This document shows, piece after piece, positions 13,156-23,437 of a stretch of DNA of 64,000 bases. The position numbers were made by a program, and so were the translations under genes. The notes beneath the pieces are model-generated. The model made no database searches and was not told where the DNA came from. It was given only the letters and a program-made list of their open reading frames with translations. The first letter of the stretch is position 1. Each line of letters begins with the position of its first letter. This DNA comes from Desulfomonilia bacterium (GTDB lineage: Bacteria > Desulfobacterota > Desulfomonilia > UBA1062). Location: NCBI GenBank assembly GCA_963664325.2, contig CAXXDQ010000007.1:736001-800000 (forward strand). Reading direction: 5' to 3'.

Positions 13156-13581
13156 TTAGTCTACTACTTCTATGCCCATACTGCGGGCAGTTCCGGCAAT
13201 TATGTTCATTGCCATATCTATGTCGACCGTATTAAGGTCTTTCATTTTAGCTGTTGCAATTTCTCTTACCTGCGCTTTTGATACTTTCCCGGTCTTTTCT
13301 TTTCCAGGACTCGATGATGCCTTTTCAAGACCTGCAGCTTTTATTAAAAGGCGCGAAGCAGGAGGGCTTTTGGTGATAAATGTAAAAGTCCTATCCTGAT
13401 ATACGGTTATTACAACAGGTATCAGAAAACCTTTCTGTTTATCTGTCTGCGCATTAAAAGCCTTACAGAATTCCATGATGTTTACCCCGTGCTGCCCAAG
13501 AGCCGGTCCGACAGGTGGAGAAGGTTTTGCCTCTCCTGCGGGGATATGAATTTTGATCTTAGCGGTTACTGTTTTTGCCAT
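13156..13581 (-). CDS. rplK: 50S ribosomal protein L11
   Basis: [24 protein letters not shown] and GTARSMG. Confidence 0.99.
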   Translation of the reverse strand: MAKTVTAKIKIHIPAGEAKPSPPVGPALGQHGVNIMEFCKAFNAQTDKQKGFLIPVVITVYQDRTFTFITKSPPASRLLIKAAGLEKASSSPGKEKTGKVSKAQVREIATAKMKDLNTVDIDMAMNIIAGTARSMGIEVVD

Positions 13582-13597
13582 TTGCTACCCCTTAGAA

Positions 13598-14128
13598 CTA
13601 TTTCTTGGTTATCTGGTCGAAATTAAGCTCAACCGGCGTCGATCTGCCGAATATGCTTACCAGTACCCTAACTTTTCCTTTGTCAGGTTTTACGTCGTCA
13701 ACTACCCCATTGAAATTCTGGAACGGTCCTTCGTTTACTGTGACCGAATCGCCGACTGCAAAATTGCATTTGAATTCCTTTCCTGACATTCCCTCTTCTA
13801 GTTGCGCCTTCAGTTTTTCTACTTCAGGCTCAGGAATTGTAGATGGTTCATTTCTGCCTCCGACAAAACCCGTAACTTTCGGGGTACCCATGACTACATG
13901 CCATGTTTTGTCGGTTAGAATCATTTTTACAAGAATATATCCAGGAAAAAACTTTTTACCGCCGCCTTTCTTGGGCTGAGTACCCGTCTGGGGTTCGACA
14001 GGGGTCGGCACCAGAATGTCGGTAAAGAGATCATCGCATTTATATGCCTTTATTCGCTCTTCAAGCGAACGCTTGGCCTTCTGCTCGTAATTGGAGTAAG
14101 TATGAACCACATACCATTTATGTTCCAT
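13598..14128 (-). CDS. nusG: Transcription factor NusG
   Basis: WYVVHTYS, FFPGYILV, KOW motif GPFQNFNG and IFGRSTPVEL. Confidence 0.99.
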   Translation of the reverse strand: MEHKWYVVHTYSNYEQKAKRSLEERIKAYKCDDLFTDILVPTPVEPQTGTQPKKGGGKKFFPGYILVKMILTDKTWHVVMGTPKVTGFVGGRNEPSTIPEPEVEKLKAQLEEGMSGKEFKCNFAVGDSVTVNEGPFQNFNGVVDDVKPDKGKVRVLVSIFGRSTPVELNFDQITKK

Positions 14129-14134
14129 ACTATC

Positions 14135-14341
14135 TTACCATCCAAAGACCAGCTTAAATAGCCTGGATATCCCAATATCAAGAAGCGACAGGATTATTGA
14201 AACTGCAGCGCACATGATAAATACGGCAACCGTTCCTGTTGCTACTTCTTTCCTGCCTGTCCAGGTGACCTTTTTAAGTTCGGCCCTGACTTCTTTGAGA
14301 TATCTTGTTATCCCGTTTATAAATTCTTTTAATTTTTCCAT
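14135..14341 (-). CDS. secE: Preprotein translocase subunit SecE
   Basis: EVRAELKKVTW followed by one TM helix; upstream of nusG. Confidence 0.96.
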   Translation of the reverse strand: MEKLKEFINGITRYLKEVRAELKKVTWTGRKEVATGTVAVFIMCAAVSIILSLLDIGISRLFKLVFGW

Positions 14342-14356
14342 CTATATCATCCGTTA

Positions 14357-14433
14357 TGGCAGGCCAGGAGGGATTCGAACCCCCAGCATCCGGATTTGGA
14401 GTCCGGCACTCTACCAATTAGAGTTACTGGCCT
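14357..14433 (-). tRNA. tRNA-Trp (CCA)
   Basis: Anticodon arm CCGGA-CTCCAAA-TCCGG, T arm GGTTCGAATCC, encoded CCA end. Confidence 0.97.
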
Positions 14434-14445
14434 GCATCCATTATC

Positions 14446-14595
14446 CTACTTTGATTCCTTATGCAACGAGTGCGTACGGCAGAAGGGACAGTACTTCTTT
14501 ATCTGAAGTTTTTCCTGCTGCTTCTTCTTGTTTCTCGTAGTCATATAATTACGGCGTTTACACTCCGAGCATGCCAAAATAACAGAATCTCTCAT
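14446..14595 (-). CDS. rpmG: 50S ribosomal protein L33, Zn-binding form (below the ORF-track cutoff)
   Basis: Manual translation [49 protein letters not shown], 49 aa with two CxxC pairs. Confidence 0.97.
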   Translation of the reverse strand: MRDSVILACSECKRRNYMTTRNKKKQQEKLQIKKYCPFCRTHSLHKESK

Positions 14596-14608
14596 ATCCC
14601 AATACCGC

Positions 14609-15802
14609 CTACTCGATAACCTTGACTATGACGCCTGCGCCTACTGTTCTCCCACCCTCTCGTATAGCAAACCGAAGTCCTTCCTCCATCGCTATCGGAT
14701 GTATCAGGCTCACCTGCATCGTTATGTTGTCCCCAGGTATTACCATCTCTACCCCTTCCGGAAGCTTGATGTCTCCGGTTATGTCCGTCGTACGAAAATA
14801 AAACTGCGGCCGGTATCCCGTGAAAAACGGCGTATGACGCCCTCCTTCCTCCTTCTTCAATACGTATACCTCCGCCATGAACTTCGTGTGCGGCGTTATC
14901 GAACCTGGCTTCGCTACCACCTGCCCCCTCTCAACTTCCTCACGCTTCGTCCCTCGTATAAGTATACCTATATTATCTCCAGCACGGCCTTCATCCAATG
15001 TCTTCCTGAACATCTCAACTCCCGTGCACACCGTCTTTATCGTCGGACGTATACCTATTATCTCTACCTCGTCCCCAGTCTTTATTACCCCGCGCTCGCA
15101 ACGCCCCGTCACAACCGTCCCGCGACCGGATATCGTAAACACATCCTCTACCGGCATCAAAAACGGCTTGTCTATCTCCCGCACAGGCTCCGGTATGTAC
15201 GAATCCACCGCATCCATAAGCTCAAATATGCACTTTACATCAGGACTGTTTACATCCTCCGCTTCCATCGCCTTCAACGCACTCCCGCGAATTATCGGTA
15301 TGTCGTCCCCAGGAAAATCATATGACGTAAGCAGCTCCCTTAGCTCCAACTCTACCAACTCCAAAAGCTCGGGATCATCCACCTGGTCCACCTTGTTCAT
15401 GAACACTACCATCGCAGGTACGTTAACCTGCTTCGCCAACAGTATATGCTCCCTCGTCTGGGGCATAGGACCATCCGACGCCGCTACAACCAGCACCGCC
15501 CCGTCCATCTGCGCCGCCCCAGTTATCATGTTCTTGATATAGTCAGCATGCCCCGGACAGTCTATGTGCGCATAATGCCTGTTCACTGTCTCATACTCAA
15601 CATGCGCCGTGTTGATCGTTATTCCCCTCTCCTTCTCCTCCGGCGCCTTGTCTATCTGATCATACGCTACATACTCGGCCATCCCCTTCTTCGCCAAATG
15701 CTTCGTTATCGCCGCCGTCAACGTCGTCTTACCATGATCTATGTGCCCTATCGTACCTATATTAACATGCGGCTTCGTCCTCTCAAACTTACCCTTGGCC
15801 AT
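14609..15802 (-). CDS. tuf: Elongation factor Tu
   Basis: [21 protein letters not shown] and [13 protein letters not shown]. Confidence 0.99.
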   Translation of the reverse strand: MAKGKFERTKPHVNIGTIGHIDHGKTTLTAAITKHLAKKGMAEYVAYDQIDKAPEEKERGITINTAHVEYETVNRHYAHIDCPGHADYIKNMITGAAQMDGAVLVVAASDGPMPQTREHILLAKQVNVPAMVVFMNKVDQVDDPELLELVELELRELLTSYDFPGDDIPIIRGSALKAMEAEDVNSPDVKCIFELMDAVDSYIPEPVREIDKPFLMPVEDVFTISGRGTVVTGRCERGVIKTGDEVEIIGIRPTIKTVCTGVEMFRKTLDEGRAGDNIGILIRGTKREEVERGQVVAKPGSITPHTKFMAEVYVLKKEEGGRHTPFFTGYRPQFYFRTTDITGDIKLPEGVEMVIPGDNITMQVSLIHPIAMEEGLRFAIREGGRTVGAGVIVKVIE

Positions 15803-15854
15803 GTCAGAACCCCCTTTCTCTTATTTCTAATTTTTCTTTTTTATTCGCCATTAA

Positions 15855-15930
15855 TGGAGCCCACATCCAGGATTGAACTGGAGACCTCGTCCTTACCAAG
15901 GACGTGCTCTACCAACTGAGCTATGTGGGC
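15855..15930 (-). tRNA. tRNA-Thr (GGT)
   Basis: Anticodon arm CGTCC-TTGGTAA-GGACG; CCA end. Confidence 0.96.
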
Positions 15931-15956
15931 ATTTCCGCCAGTTCTATGAGGGAAAA

Positions 15957-16032
15957 TGGAGCGGGAAACGGGATTCGAACCCGCGACCCTCAGCTTGGAA
16001 GGCTGACGCTCTAGCCACTGAGCTATTCCCGC
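15957..16032 (-). tRNA. tRNA-Gly (TCC)
   Basis: Anticodon arm TCAGC-CTTCCAA-GCTGA; CCA end. Confidence 0.96.
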
Positions 16033-16101
16033 TTAACCGCCAAGATGAACGCAGTCAATATCGACAATCGTCTCCTGCGATCCCTCTATTTAACATATTT
16101 C

Positions 16102-16186
16102 TGGTGGAGGGGGGTGGATTCGAACCACCGAAGGCTTCGCCGGCAGATTTACAGTCTGCTCCCTTTAGCCACTCGGGAACCCCTCC
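16102..16186 (-). tRNA. tRNA-Tyr (GTA)
   Basis: Anticodon arm GCAGA-CTGTAAA-TCTGC, long variable arm, CCA end. Confidence 0.96.
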
Positions 16187-16194
16187 GCATTTTC

Positions 16195-16270
16195 TGGAGC
16201 TGGAGATGGGACTTGAACCCGCAACCTGCTGATTACAAATCAGCTGCTCTGCCGATTGAGCTACTCCAGC
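16195..16270 (-). tRNA. tRNA-Thr (TGT)
   Basis: Anticodon arm GCTGA-TTTGTAA-TCAGC; CCA end. Completes the classic Thr-Tyr-Gly-Thr-tuf order. Confidence 0.96.
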
Positions 16271-16383
16271 CCGCTCTGGGCATACCTATTCTATACGCAG
16301 ATTCCGTCTCTAAACAATGAGCTACCAAAAGTCAAGCTTTAATCTTGTATTTATTACAAATTTCTTTAAAAAAGTTACCGCAA

Positions 16384-16392
16384 TTATCCACA
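16384..16392 (+). promoter_or_regulatory. Perfect DnaA-box sequence
   Basis: TTATCCACA in the AT-rich spacer upstream of the tRNA-tuf operon; single copy. Confidence 0.3.
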
Positions 16393-16396
16393 ACAA

Positions 16397-17254
16397 TTAC
16401 GTGAGTGAATAATTATAAAAACCCCTGCCTGATTTTTTGCCTAGCCAGCCTGCTTCAACATACTTTCTGAGCAACGGGCATGGGCGGTATTTTGAATCAC
16501 AGAACCCGTCATAGAGTGTCTGCATTATTGCCAGACATGTATCGAGCCCTATCAGGTCGGCAAGCGCAAGCGGACCCATCGGGTGATTCATGCCCAGTTT
16601 CATAACTGTATCGATTGCGTCAACTGTTCCCACGCCGTGATACAGGCAGTAAACAGCCTCGTTTATCATGGGCATGAGTATGCGGTTGGCAATAAAACCG
16701 GGATAGTCGTTGGCCTCTGCCGGTGTTTTGCCGAACCTGAGCGAGAGGTCCCATGTAAGCTTGAAGGTGTCATCGGAGGTTGCTATGCCGCGGATAATCT
16801 CCACCAGCTTCATTACTGGAACAGGATTCATGAAATGCATCCCTATTACCTTGCCGGGACGCTTCGTCTTTGCCGCAATCCGGCCGATCGGGATTGAAGA
16901 TGTGTTAGTCGAGATGATTGCGTGCCCGGGGCACACTTCATCAAGCGTTTTAAATATGCCGAACTTGATGTCCTCCCTTTCGCTTGCGGCTTCAACAACC
17001 ATATCGGCGGCAGCCATATCTTTCAGATCAGTGCTTGTTTTTATCCTGCCGAGTACGGCGTTTTTATCGCTTTCGGTCATTTTTCCTTTTTCAACGTTCT
17101 TTGAAAGGAGCTTGGTTATGTTGTTAAGCCCCTTTTCAACAAATTCCGGCGCTATATCGTTCATGATCACATTAAGCCCGCTCGCTGCAGCGACCTGTGC
17201 AATACCGTTTCCCATCTGGCCTGCGCCGATTACTCCGAATGTCTTTATCACCAT
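16397..17254 (-). CDS. hbd: 3-hydroxybutyryl-CoA dehydrogenase
   Basis: GAGQMGNGIA, STNTSSI, GMHFMNPVPVMKLVE and HPMGPLALADLIGLD. Confidence 0.93.
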   Translation of the reverse strand: MVIKTFGVIGAGQMGNGIAQVAAASGLNVIMNDIAPEFVEKGLNNITKLLSKNVEKGKMTESDKNAVLGRIKTSTDLKDMAAADMVVEAASEREDIKFGIFKTLDEVCPGHAIISTNTSSIPIGRIAAKTKRPGKVIGMHFMNPVPVMKLVEIIRGIATSDDTFKLTWDLSLRFGKTPAEANDYPGFIANRILMPMINEAVYCLYHGVGTVDAIDTVMKLGMNHPMGPLALADLIGLDTCLAIMQTLYDGFCDSKYRPCPLLRKYVEAGWLGKKSGRGFYNYSLT

Positions 17255-17267
17255 AAGAATCTCCTAT

Positions 17268-18446
17268 TTATCTTTTCACTATCAAAGCAACCGCCTCGCC
17301 ACCCCCAAGACAAAGCGAGGCAAGGCCTGTCTTCACATTCCTCTTTTCCATTTCATATAGAAGCGTTGTCAGAACCCTTGCGCCGCTTGCCCCGATAGGG
17401 TGTCCGAGCGCAACGCTTCCACCGTTCACATTGACCTTTGACCTGTCAAGTTTGAGCACTTTCTCAATAGCGCAGGAAGAACCCGAGAATGCCTCGTTGA
17501 CTTCAAACAGATCAACTTCATCCTGGGTGATCCCCTGTTTTTTGAGCACCTTTGGAATTGCCAGAATCGGGGCCACCAGCACATATTTCATGTCAAGACC
17601 TGCGGAGGCCTGTGCACCAATCGTGGCCAGAACTTTGCAGTCTAATTCCTTGGCCTTTTCACGCGACATCACGACAACCGCCGCGGCCCCGTCGGAAATC
17701 ACGGAAGCATTTCCCGCGGTTCCGACCCCGCTGTTCTTTTTGAAGGCTGGGGGCATCTTCGCCAAGACTTCATAAGGGGTGGGTTTGGGGCATTCGTCGG
17801 TATCAAAGAGTGTGATATTGCCTTTGCGGTCTTTTATCTCGACAGGAACAATCTCATCCTTGAAGCGACCGGACTCGATTGCGCCAACCGCCCTTTTGTA
17901 TGATTCAGCTGCAAATCTGTCCTGATCCTCGCGGGTTATTCCATATTTTTCAGAGCAAAGCTCGTTCGACATGCCCATGTGGAAATCGTTGACCACATCC
18001 CAGAGCCCGTCGTGCACCATATGGTCCCTTATTGCGCCGTCGCCCATGCGGTAGCCGAATCTGCCTTTTTCAAGATAATAAGGCGCCATGCTCATGCATT
18101 CCATTCCTCCGGCCACAACCACATCGGCGTCGCCGCACTGAACCGTCTGTGCGGCAAGCATAACCGCTTTCAGGCTGGAGCCGCACACTTTGTTCACAGA
18201 AATCGCCTCGACCTCCCATGGCATGCCTGCCTCTATCACTGCAAGTTTGCCCGGGTTCTGGCCGTATCCGCAGGGAAGAACTATGCCCATTATCGCTTCA
18301 TTGACATCTGACTTTTCAATGCCGGCCCTTCTTACCGCTTCATTAATGACTACGGCGCCTAGCTTCACAGCCCCGAAATTTCCCAAGGTCCCGTTGAATG
18401 CTCCAAGTGGCGTCCTGACTGCACTGACGATTACAGCTTCCTTCAT
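17268..18446 (-). CDS. Acetyl-CoA acetyltransferase (thiolase)
   Basis: NKVCGSS, NEAF, GHPIGASG and CLGGG. Start moved to MKEAVIVSAVRTP, which follows a GGAGG RBS. Confidence 0.95.
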   Translation of the reverse strand: MKEAVIVSAVRTPLGAFNGTLGNFGAVKLGAVVINEAVRRAGIEKSDVNEAIMGIVLPCGYGQNPGKLAVIEAGMPWEVEAISVNKVCGSSLKAVMLAAQTVQCGDADVVVAGGMECMSMAPYYLEKGRFGYRMGDGAIRDHMVHDGLWDVVNDFHMGMSNELCSEKYGITREDQDRFAAESYKRAVGAIESGRFKDEIVPVEIKDRKGNITLFDTDECPKPTPYEVLAKMPPAFKKNSGVGTAGNASVISDGAAAVVVMSREKAKELDCKVLATIGAQASAGLDMKYVLVAPILAIPKVLKKQGITQDEVDLFEVNEAFSGSSCAIEKVLKLDRSKVNVNGGSVALGHPIGASGARVLTTLLYEMEKRNVKTGLASLCLGGGEAVALIVKR

Positions 18447-18607
18447 GATCGTCCCTCCCATTTCTGCAAAGTGTTCTTCTGGATAAACGAGCAGGATTAT
18501 AATATCAAGAGAAATCAACTTGTAAAATTTTGTAAACTGGCTTGAAAAACTGAAATTGTTGCTGTTAATAAAATTTTTATCCTTTTTGTCAGGAGGACTT
18601 TTAAGAG

Positions 18608-19588
18608 ATGGATATTCAGGAAGTAACGAAAAAGGTTGAGCAGGAAAGCGTTGTTATAAGGCAGATTTCAAGCGAGATCGGCAAAGTCATTGTCGGTCAA
18701 AGAAACCTCGTTGAGCGTATGCTGATAGGTCTTTTATGCAACGGTCATCTCCTTCTCGAAGGTCTTCCGGGACTTGCCAAAACAACGGCTGTCAAAACAC
18801 TTGCCCAGGTAATAAACACAAGTTTTCAGCGAATACAGTTCACGCCTGACCTTCTGCCCGCAGACATTATCGGCACTCAGATTTACCGTATGCAAACAGG
18901 AATCTTTGAAGTGAAAAAAGGGCCGATCTTCAACAACATAATCCTTGCTGATGAAATCAACCGAGCACCGGCCAAGGTTCAAAGCGCACTGCTCGAGGCC
19001 ATGCAGGAACACCAGGTTACTATCGGCGAAAATACCTTCAAACTGGGACAGCTGTTCCTGGTTTTAGCCACGCAGAACCCTATCGAACAGGAAGGTACTT
19101 ACCCCCTGCCCGAGGCTCAGATTGACCGTTTCATGCTGAAGATAAAAATCGGATACCCTAGTGAATCGGAAGAAAAAGAAATCATGCAGCGAGTATACAC
19201 TGATACGTCAGATGGTCTTAAATCCGTTATTGAACCAGTTAGGCTCGAGAGTGCTAGGCTGGTAATAAATAATATACATATGGAAGAAAAGCTCATGGAT
19301 TACATAATCCGCATAGTCAACGCCACAAGGCGCCCCAGCGACTTCGGGCTAAAGATCGGATCGCTAATCAGTTATGGGGCATCCCCGCGCGCTTCCATAT
19401 GGCTCGGGCTTGCATCAAGGGCATATGCGTTTCTGATGGGCAGAGGCTATGTCATACCGCAGGATGTTAAAACCATGGCGCCGGATGTATTGAGGCACCG
19501 CATCATCCTGAGCTATGAGGCTGAAGCCGAAGGCAAAAACACGGACGAGATAATCGAGGCCATACTTGAGCGTATAGAGGTCCCCTGA
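18608..19588 (+). CDS. MoxR-family AAA+ ATPase
   Basis: LLEGLPGLAKT, RIQFTPDLLPAD, ADEINRAPAKVQSALL and TQNPIEQEGTYPLPEAQ. Confidence 0.95.
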   Translation: MDIQEVTKKVEQESVVIRQISSEIGKVIVGQRNLVERMLIGLLCNGHLLLEGLPGLAKTTAVKTLAQVINTSFQRIQFTPDLLPADIIGTQIYRMQTGIFEVKKGPIFNNIILADEINRAPAKVQSALLEAMQEHQVTIGENTFKLGQLFLVLATQNPIEQEGTYPLPEAQIDRFMLKIKIGYPSESEEKEIMQRVYTDTSDGLKSVIEPVRLESARLVINNIHMEEKLMDYIIRIVNATRRPSDFGLKIGSLISYGASPRASIWLGLASRAYAFLMGRGYVIPQDVKTMAPDVLRHRIILSYEAEAEGKNTDEIIEAILERIEVP

Positions 19589-20469
19589 TGCTTTCCGAGG
19601 AAGTCCTTTCCAAGATACAGAAATTCCACTTTCATACCCGCTACATGGCGAATGAAATGTTCGCGGGACAGTATGTCAGCGCATTTAAAGGCCACGGCAT
19701 GGAGTTTTCCGAGGTACGTGAATATCAGCCCGGCGACGATATCCGCTCAATCGACTGGAATGTATCTGCCCGCCAGAACCGCCCCTTTATAAAAGTATTC
19801 CACGAAGAGCGCGAACTCACTCTCATGCTCCTGATCGACATATCAGGCTCCCAGGAGTTCGGCACAAAAGGGCGTTTCAAGCGCGAACTTCTGGCTGAAG
19901 TCGCAGGCATGCTCGCATTCCTGGCTATACGGACAAACGACAAGGTCGGCGCGATTCTGTTCAGTTCGCATGTAGAGAAATTCCTGCCGCCCAAAAAAGG
20001 CGCACCTTATGTCTGGAGGCTTATAAAGGAGATATTCACATACGAACCAGCCAGACCCGGAACAGATATAGAATCTGCGCTTTCATACCTTAACCGAGTA
20101 GTAAAAAGGCATGCCATTGTCTTTCTAATATCGGACTGCATGGATAAAAGATTTGACAAGAGCCTTAGGCTTACAGCAAGAAAGCACGATCTTACAATCC
20201 TTCGCATATCCGATCCAGCCGAGATCGAACTTCCGGATGCAGGACTCATAAGGATGATTGATCCGGAAACAGGAGAAAGCGCCATCATAAATACCTCAAG
20301 CAGGATTGTAAGAAGCCGCTGGCTGCAGGAAAGAGCGCAGTATGACGCCTGGCTGAAAACCATAACGGCAAATAACGGCGTGGATATGGTTGAACTGAGA
20401 ACAGACAGGGATGTAATTGAGCCGCTTTCAAGGTTATTTCTTAACAGGAGAAAACGCCTCAATGTCTGA
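19588..20469 (+). CDS. DUF58 / VWA-like protein
   Basis: GMEFSEVREYQPGDDIRSIDWNVSAR; usual MoxR neighbour. Confidence 0.92.
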   Translation: MLSEEVLSKIQKFHFHTRYMANEMFAGQYVSAFKGHGMEFSEVREYQPGDDIRSIDWNVSARQNRPFIKVFHEERELTLMLLIDISGSQEFGTKGRFKRELLAEVAGMLAFLAIRTNDKVGAILFSSHVEKFLPPKKGAPYVWRLIKEIFTYEPARPGTDIESALSYLNRVVKRHAIVFLISDCMDKRFDKSLRLTARKHDLTILRISDPAEIELPDAGLIRMIDPETGESAIINTSSRIVRSRWLQERAQYDAWLKTITANNGVDMVELRTDRDVIEPLSRLFLNRRKRLNV

Positions 20470-21427
20470 ACAGGCTCGATCCGGGTTTAAAAGAATAACT
20501 CTTATTATGATTTTCTGCTCGTGGACACTAATAGCAGCTGTACCAGTACCGTCCCCGGTTGCGCCTGCGCCTGCTGCCCAGCCTAGAGATACAGTTAAAC
20601 TAACAGCCAGCCTGACCCCTCAAACAGCGAAAGTGGGCAGTACTGTCACACTGAACCTGGCATTCACGTTTCCCAAGGGTTGTCGACTGCCGGAAAAACC
20701 TGAATTAGGAGGCATTGACAATCTGAGTATTGTCGATATCAAACCATATTCCGGCGGTATAAAGATCAGCTTCATTGCCGATTCTGTCGAAAGCATCGCG
20801 ATCGGCCCGGTCAAGCTTGCATATCTTGATGACAGGAATATAAAGAAAACAGCCACGTCTGATGCTCTCATTCTCAAAGTTACGAGCAACATGGAATCAA
20901 GCCCGGACAGACAGCAGCTTAAACCCATACAGGACATTATACCTGCATATCCGCTGTGGCTGCCCTGGGCTCTATGGTCGTTTCTGGGGCTCTTTGTGCT
21001 GGCGTGCGCAGCCGGAATCATTTTCTGGCTTAAGCACAGAGCCGCAAGAAAAGCGCAAGCAATAGCTCTTCTGCCCGCCGATATCCGTGCAAAAAATGAA
21101 CTTGAGCAGTTGGATGCCTCTATGCTTTTCGAAAAAGGCAGAATCAAGGAATACTATTTCAGGTTATCCGAAATACTCAAACGCTACCTTGAAGAACTTC
21201 GCGGCTTCCCGGCAGCTGAATATACGACAGAGGAGATTTCCCAGCATGTAGAGCTGGACATCGACCGGGAACTGGTCATGTTTTTAAGAAGGGCGGACAT
21301 TGTTAAATTTGCCGATGACGTCCCATCTCCAGCACTCAAGGCTGATGACATGAAGTCGGCTCTTCAATACATATGCAGTACGTCGCCTGCTTCCGGTATC
21401 GGATTAAAAGAGGTCAAAGGACCATGA
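20462..21427 (+). CDS. Bat-operon conserved membrane protein (exported beta domain, TM helix, cytoplasmic helical domain)
   Basis: Signal-like N-terminus, central TM, KEYYFRLSEILKRYLE...EYTTEE...ADIVKFA; lies between DUF58 and batA. Confidence 0.8.
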   Translation: MSEQARSGFKRITLIMIFCSWTLIAAVPVPSPVAPAPAAQPRDTVKLTASLTPQTAKVGSTVTLNLAFTFPKGCRLPEKPELGGIDNLSIVDIKPYSGGIKISFIADSVESIAIGPVKLAYLDDRNIKKTATSDALILKVTSNMESSPDRQQLKPIQDIIPAYPLWLPWALWSFLGLFVLACAAGIIFWLKHRAARKAQAIALLPADIRAKNELEQLDASMLFEKGRIKEYYFRLSEILKRYLEELRGFPAAEYTTEEISQHVELDIDRELVMFLRRADIVKFADDVPSPALKADDMKSALQYICSTSPASGIGLKEVKGP

Positions 21428-22422
21428 GTTTCCGTTTTGCATATCCTCTTTTGATGTGCGTTCTGCTCGGGCTGATCTTTGTGTGGCTGTTCCTTGAATT
21501 CAAGCGCAAGCCCGCATCAGCTGTTTTTTCCAACGCATCAACGCTTAAGAAGCTGATGGGAGGTGGAGAAAAAATCAAGGCACGCATGCCCCTTATCCTG
21601 ATCGCCGCCTCCATGATCATGCTTGCTTTCGCAGCAGGACGTCCGCAACTTTATAATGTCGAACATGAAACAATATCCCCCGGCGTGGATATAATACTCT
21701 GCCTGGATACATCAGGTTCAATGCAGGCAATGGACTTCGCTCTTGACGGCCAGCCTGCAATGCGTCTGACAGCCGTGCAGAAGGTGGTCAGCGATTTCAT
21801 CAAGAAGCGTGAACATGACCGCCTTGGCCTGGTAGTTTTCGGTGCAGAGGCTTATACGCAGGCGCCTCTTACGATGGACAAAGGGCTTCTTTTGCAGCTT
21901 GTTGACGGCATGCGCATAGGAATGGCCGGCGACAGCACTTCCCTGGGCGACGCCATCGCCATAAGCTCAAAACGTTTGAAAGACCTTAATGCGCCTTCAA
22001 AAATAATAATTCTGCTCACTGACGGCAGGAGCAATACAGGAAAAATTACACCCGATCAGGCTGCCGAGGCCGCAAAGGCGCTCGGGATAAAAATCTACAC
22101 GATAGGAGTGGGCGGGCATGGAAAGGCCCCGATCATGGTGGACACGCCTTTTGGCAGGCAGCTGGCCTATATTGATGCCGATCTTGATGAAGACGCTTTA
22201 AAAAATATAGCCGGAACCACAGGCGGCCGCTATTTCCTGGCATCCGACACAAAGGGCCTTGATGAGATCTATAATATCATAGACAAGGCCGAAAAGCGCG
22301 ATGTCAAGATAAAGGAATTTTTCAATTACAAGGAACTATACCGATGGCTGCTGATACCGGCACTTGTTCTTATGCTTGCCGGGCTCGGCCTTGAGATAAG
22401 CATATTCGGGGTGGCGCCGTGA
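21424..22422 (+). CDS. batA: BatA-like VWA membrane protein
   Basis: FAYP N-terminus, MIDAS DTSGSM, DRLGLVVFG, LLTDG and a C-terminal TM. Confidence 0.88.
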   Translation: MSFRFAYPLLMCVLLGLIFVWLFLEFKRKPASAVFSNASTLKKLMGGGEKIKARMPLILIAASMIMLAFAAGRPQLYNVEHETISPGVDIILCLDTSGSMQAMDFALDGQPAMRLTAVQKVVSDFIKKREHDRLGLVVFGAEAYTQAPLTMDKGLLLQLVDGMRIGMAGDSTSLGDAIAISSKRLKDLNAPSKIIILLTDGRSNTGKITPDQAAEAAKALGIKIYTIGVGGHGKAPIMVDTPFGRQLAYIDADLDEDALKNIAGTTGGRYFLASDTKGLDEIYNIIDKAEKRDVKIKEFFNYKELYRWLLIPALVLMLAGLGLEISIFGVAP

Positions 22423-23435
22423 GCTTTAATAATGCATGGATGCTTCATTTCCTGTGGCTCCTGTCCTTTGTTGCAGCAGGGCTTATAATTTCAGGACGTC
22501 TGAGGACAAACAGATTGAACAGAATCGCCGAACCTGAACTCCTGGAGCGCATAACAGGAAAACCTAGGCCGGGGGTGAGGTTCTTCAAGGGTGCTTTGAT
22601 TATCGTCGTTTTGGCTCTACTCATAACAGCTTTATCAGGCCCGCGATGGGGTTCCCATTATCAGGAGGTGTCCCAAAAGGGAGTTGACATAGTTCTTTGC
22701 GTGGATGTCAGCCCGAGCATGCTTGCATCTGATGTCAAGCCAGACAGGCTCGAGCAGGCAAAACGCGAGATCACGGATTTTATCAAGGTTGTCCAGGGTG
22801 ACAGGGTGGGTCTGGTGGCTTTTTCAGGAGATGCATTCCTGGAATGTCCGCTCACGCTCGATTATGCCGCACTTCAGATGTTTCTGGGCCAGATAGAACC
22901 GGGGCTTATCCCTGTACCCGGGACAAATCTGGGTGCAGCAATCGATAAGTCCGTTGAGGCGTTTGACTATAAAACCGCAACAGACAAGGTGATCCTTCTT
23001 GTTACCGACGGCGAGGACAATGAGGGCAAAGGTAAAGAGGCAGCTGAAAAGGCAAAAGCTAAAGGTATCAAGATTTATGTTTTCGGTATCGGAGCAACCG
23101 AGGGCGCACCTGTTCCTGAATCCGAAGGGGGAGGGTTTGCAAAAGACGAATCAGGCAACATGGTGCTTTCGAAGCTTGATGAAACAGGGCTTGAAAAGAT
23201 AGCATCCATTACGGGCGGCGGATATGTAAGGGCAGCAGCCGGAGACCTCGACCTTGACATGCTTTATTTTGCGGGCATCAAGGCGCACACAAAAGCGAGC
23301 GGACTGAAGAGCGGTAAAATAAAAGTATATGAGGACAGGTTTACAATTTTCCTTGCAGCAGCAATAATATTGATGCTTATCGAGAGAATGTTGAAGGAGC
23401 GCGGGAAACTGCCCGGTTTTAATAAAGGTAAATAA
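22419..23435 (+). CDS. batB: BatB-like VWA membrane protein
   Basis: GPRWG, DVSPSM, PDRLEQAK and VTDGED. Confidence 0.88.
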   Translation: MSFNNAWMLHFLWLLSFVAAGLIISGRLRTNRLNRIAEPELLERITGKPRPGVRFFKGALIIVVLALLITALSGPRWGSHYQEVSQKGVDIVLCVDVSPSMLASDVKPDRLEQAKREITDFIKVVQGDRVGLVAFSGDAFLECPLTLDYAALQMFLGQIEPGLIPVPGTNLGAAIDKSVEAFDYKTATDKVILLVTDGEDNEGKGKEAAEKAKAKGIKIYVFGIGATEGAPVPESEGGGFAKDESGNMVLSKLDETGLEKIASITGGGYVRAAAGDLDLDMLYFAGIKAHTKASGLKSGKIKVYEDRFTIFLAAAIILMLIERMLKERGKLPGFNKGK

Positions 23436-23437
23436 TT

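Noticed and set aside
253-16320. Many plus-strand ORFs opposite fusA, rpoBC, r-protein genes, tuf and the tRNAs
   Set aside because: Antisense shadows of conserved genes with no recognisable motifs.
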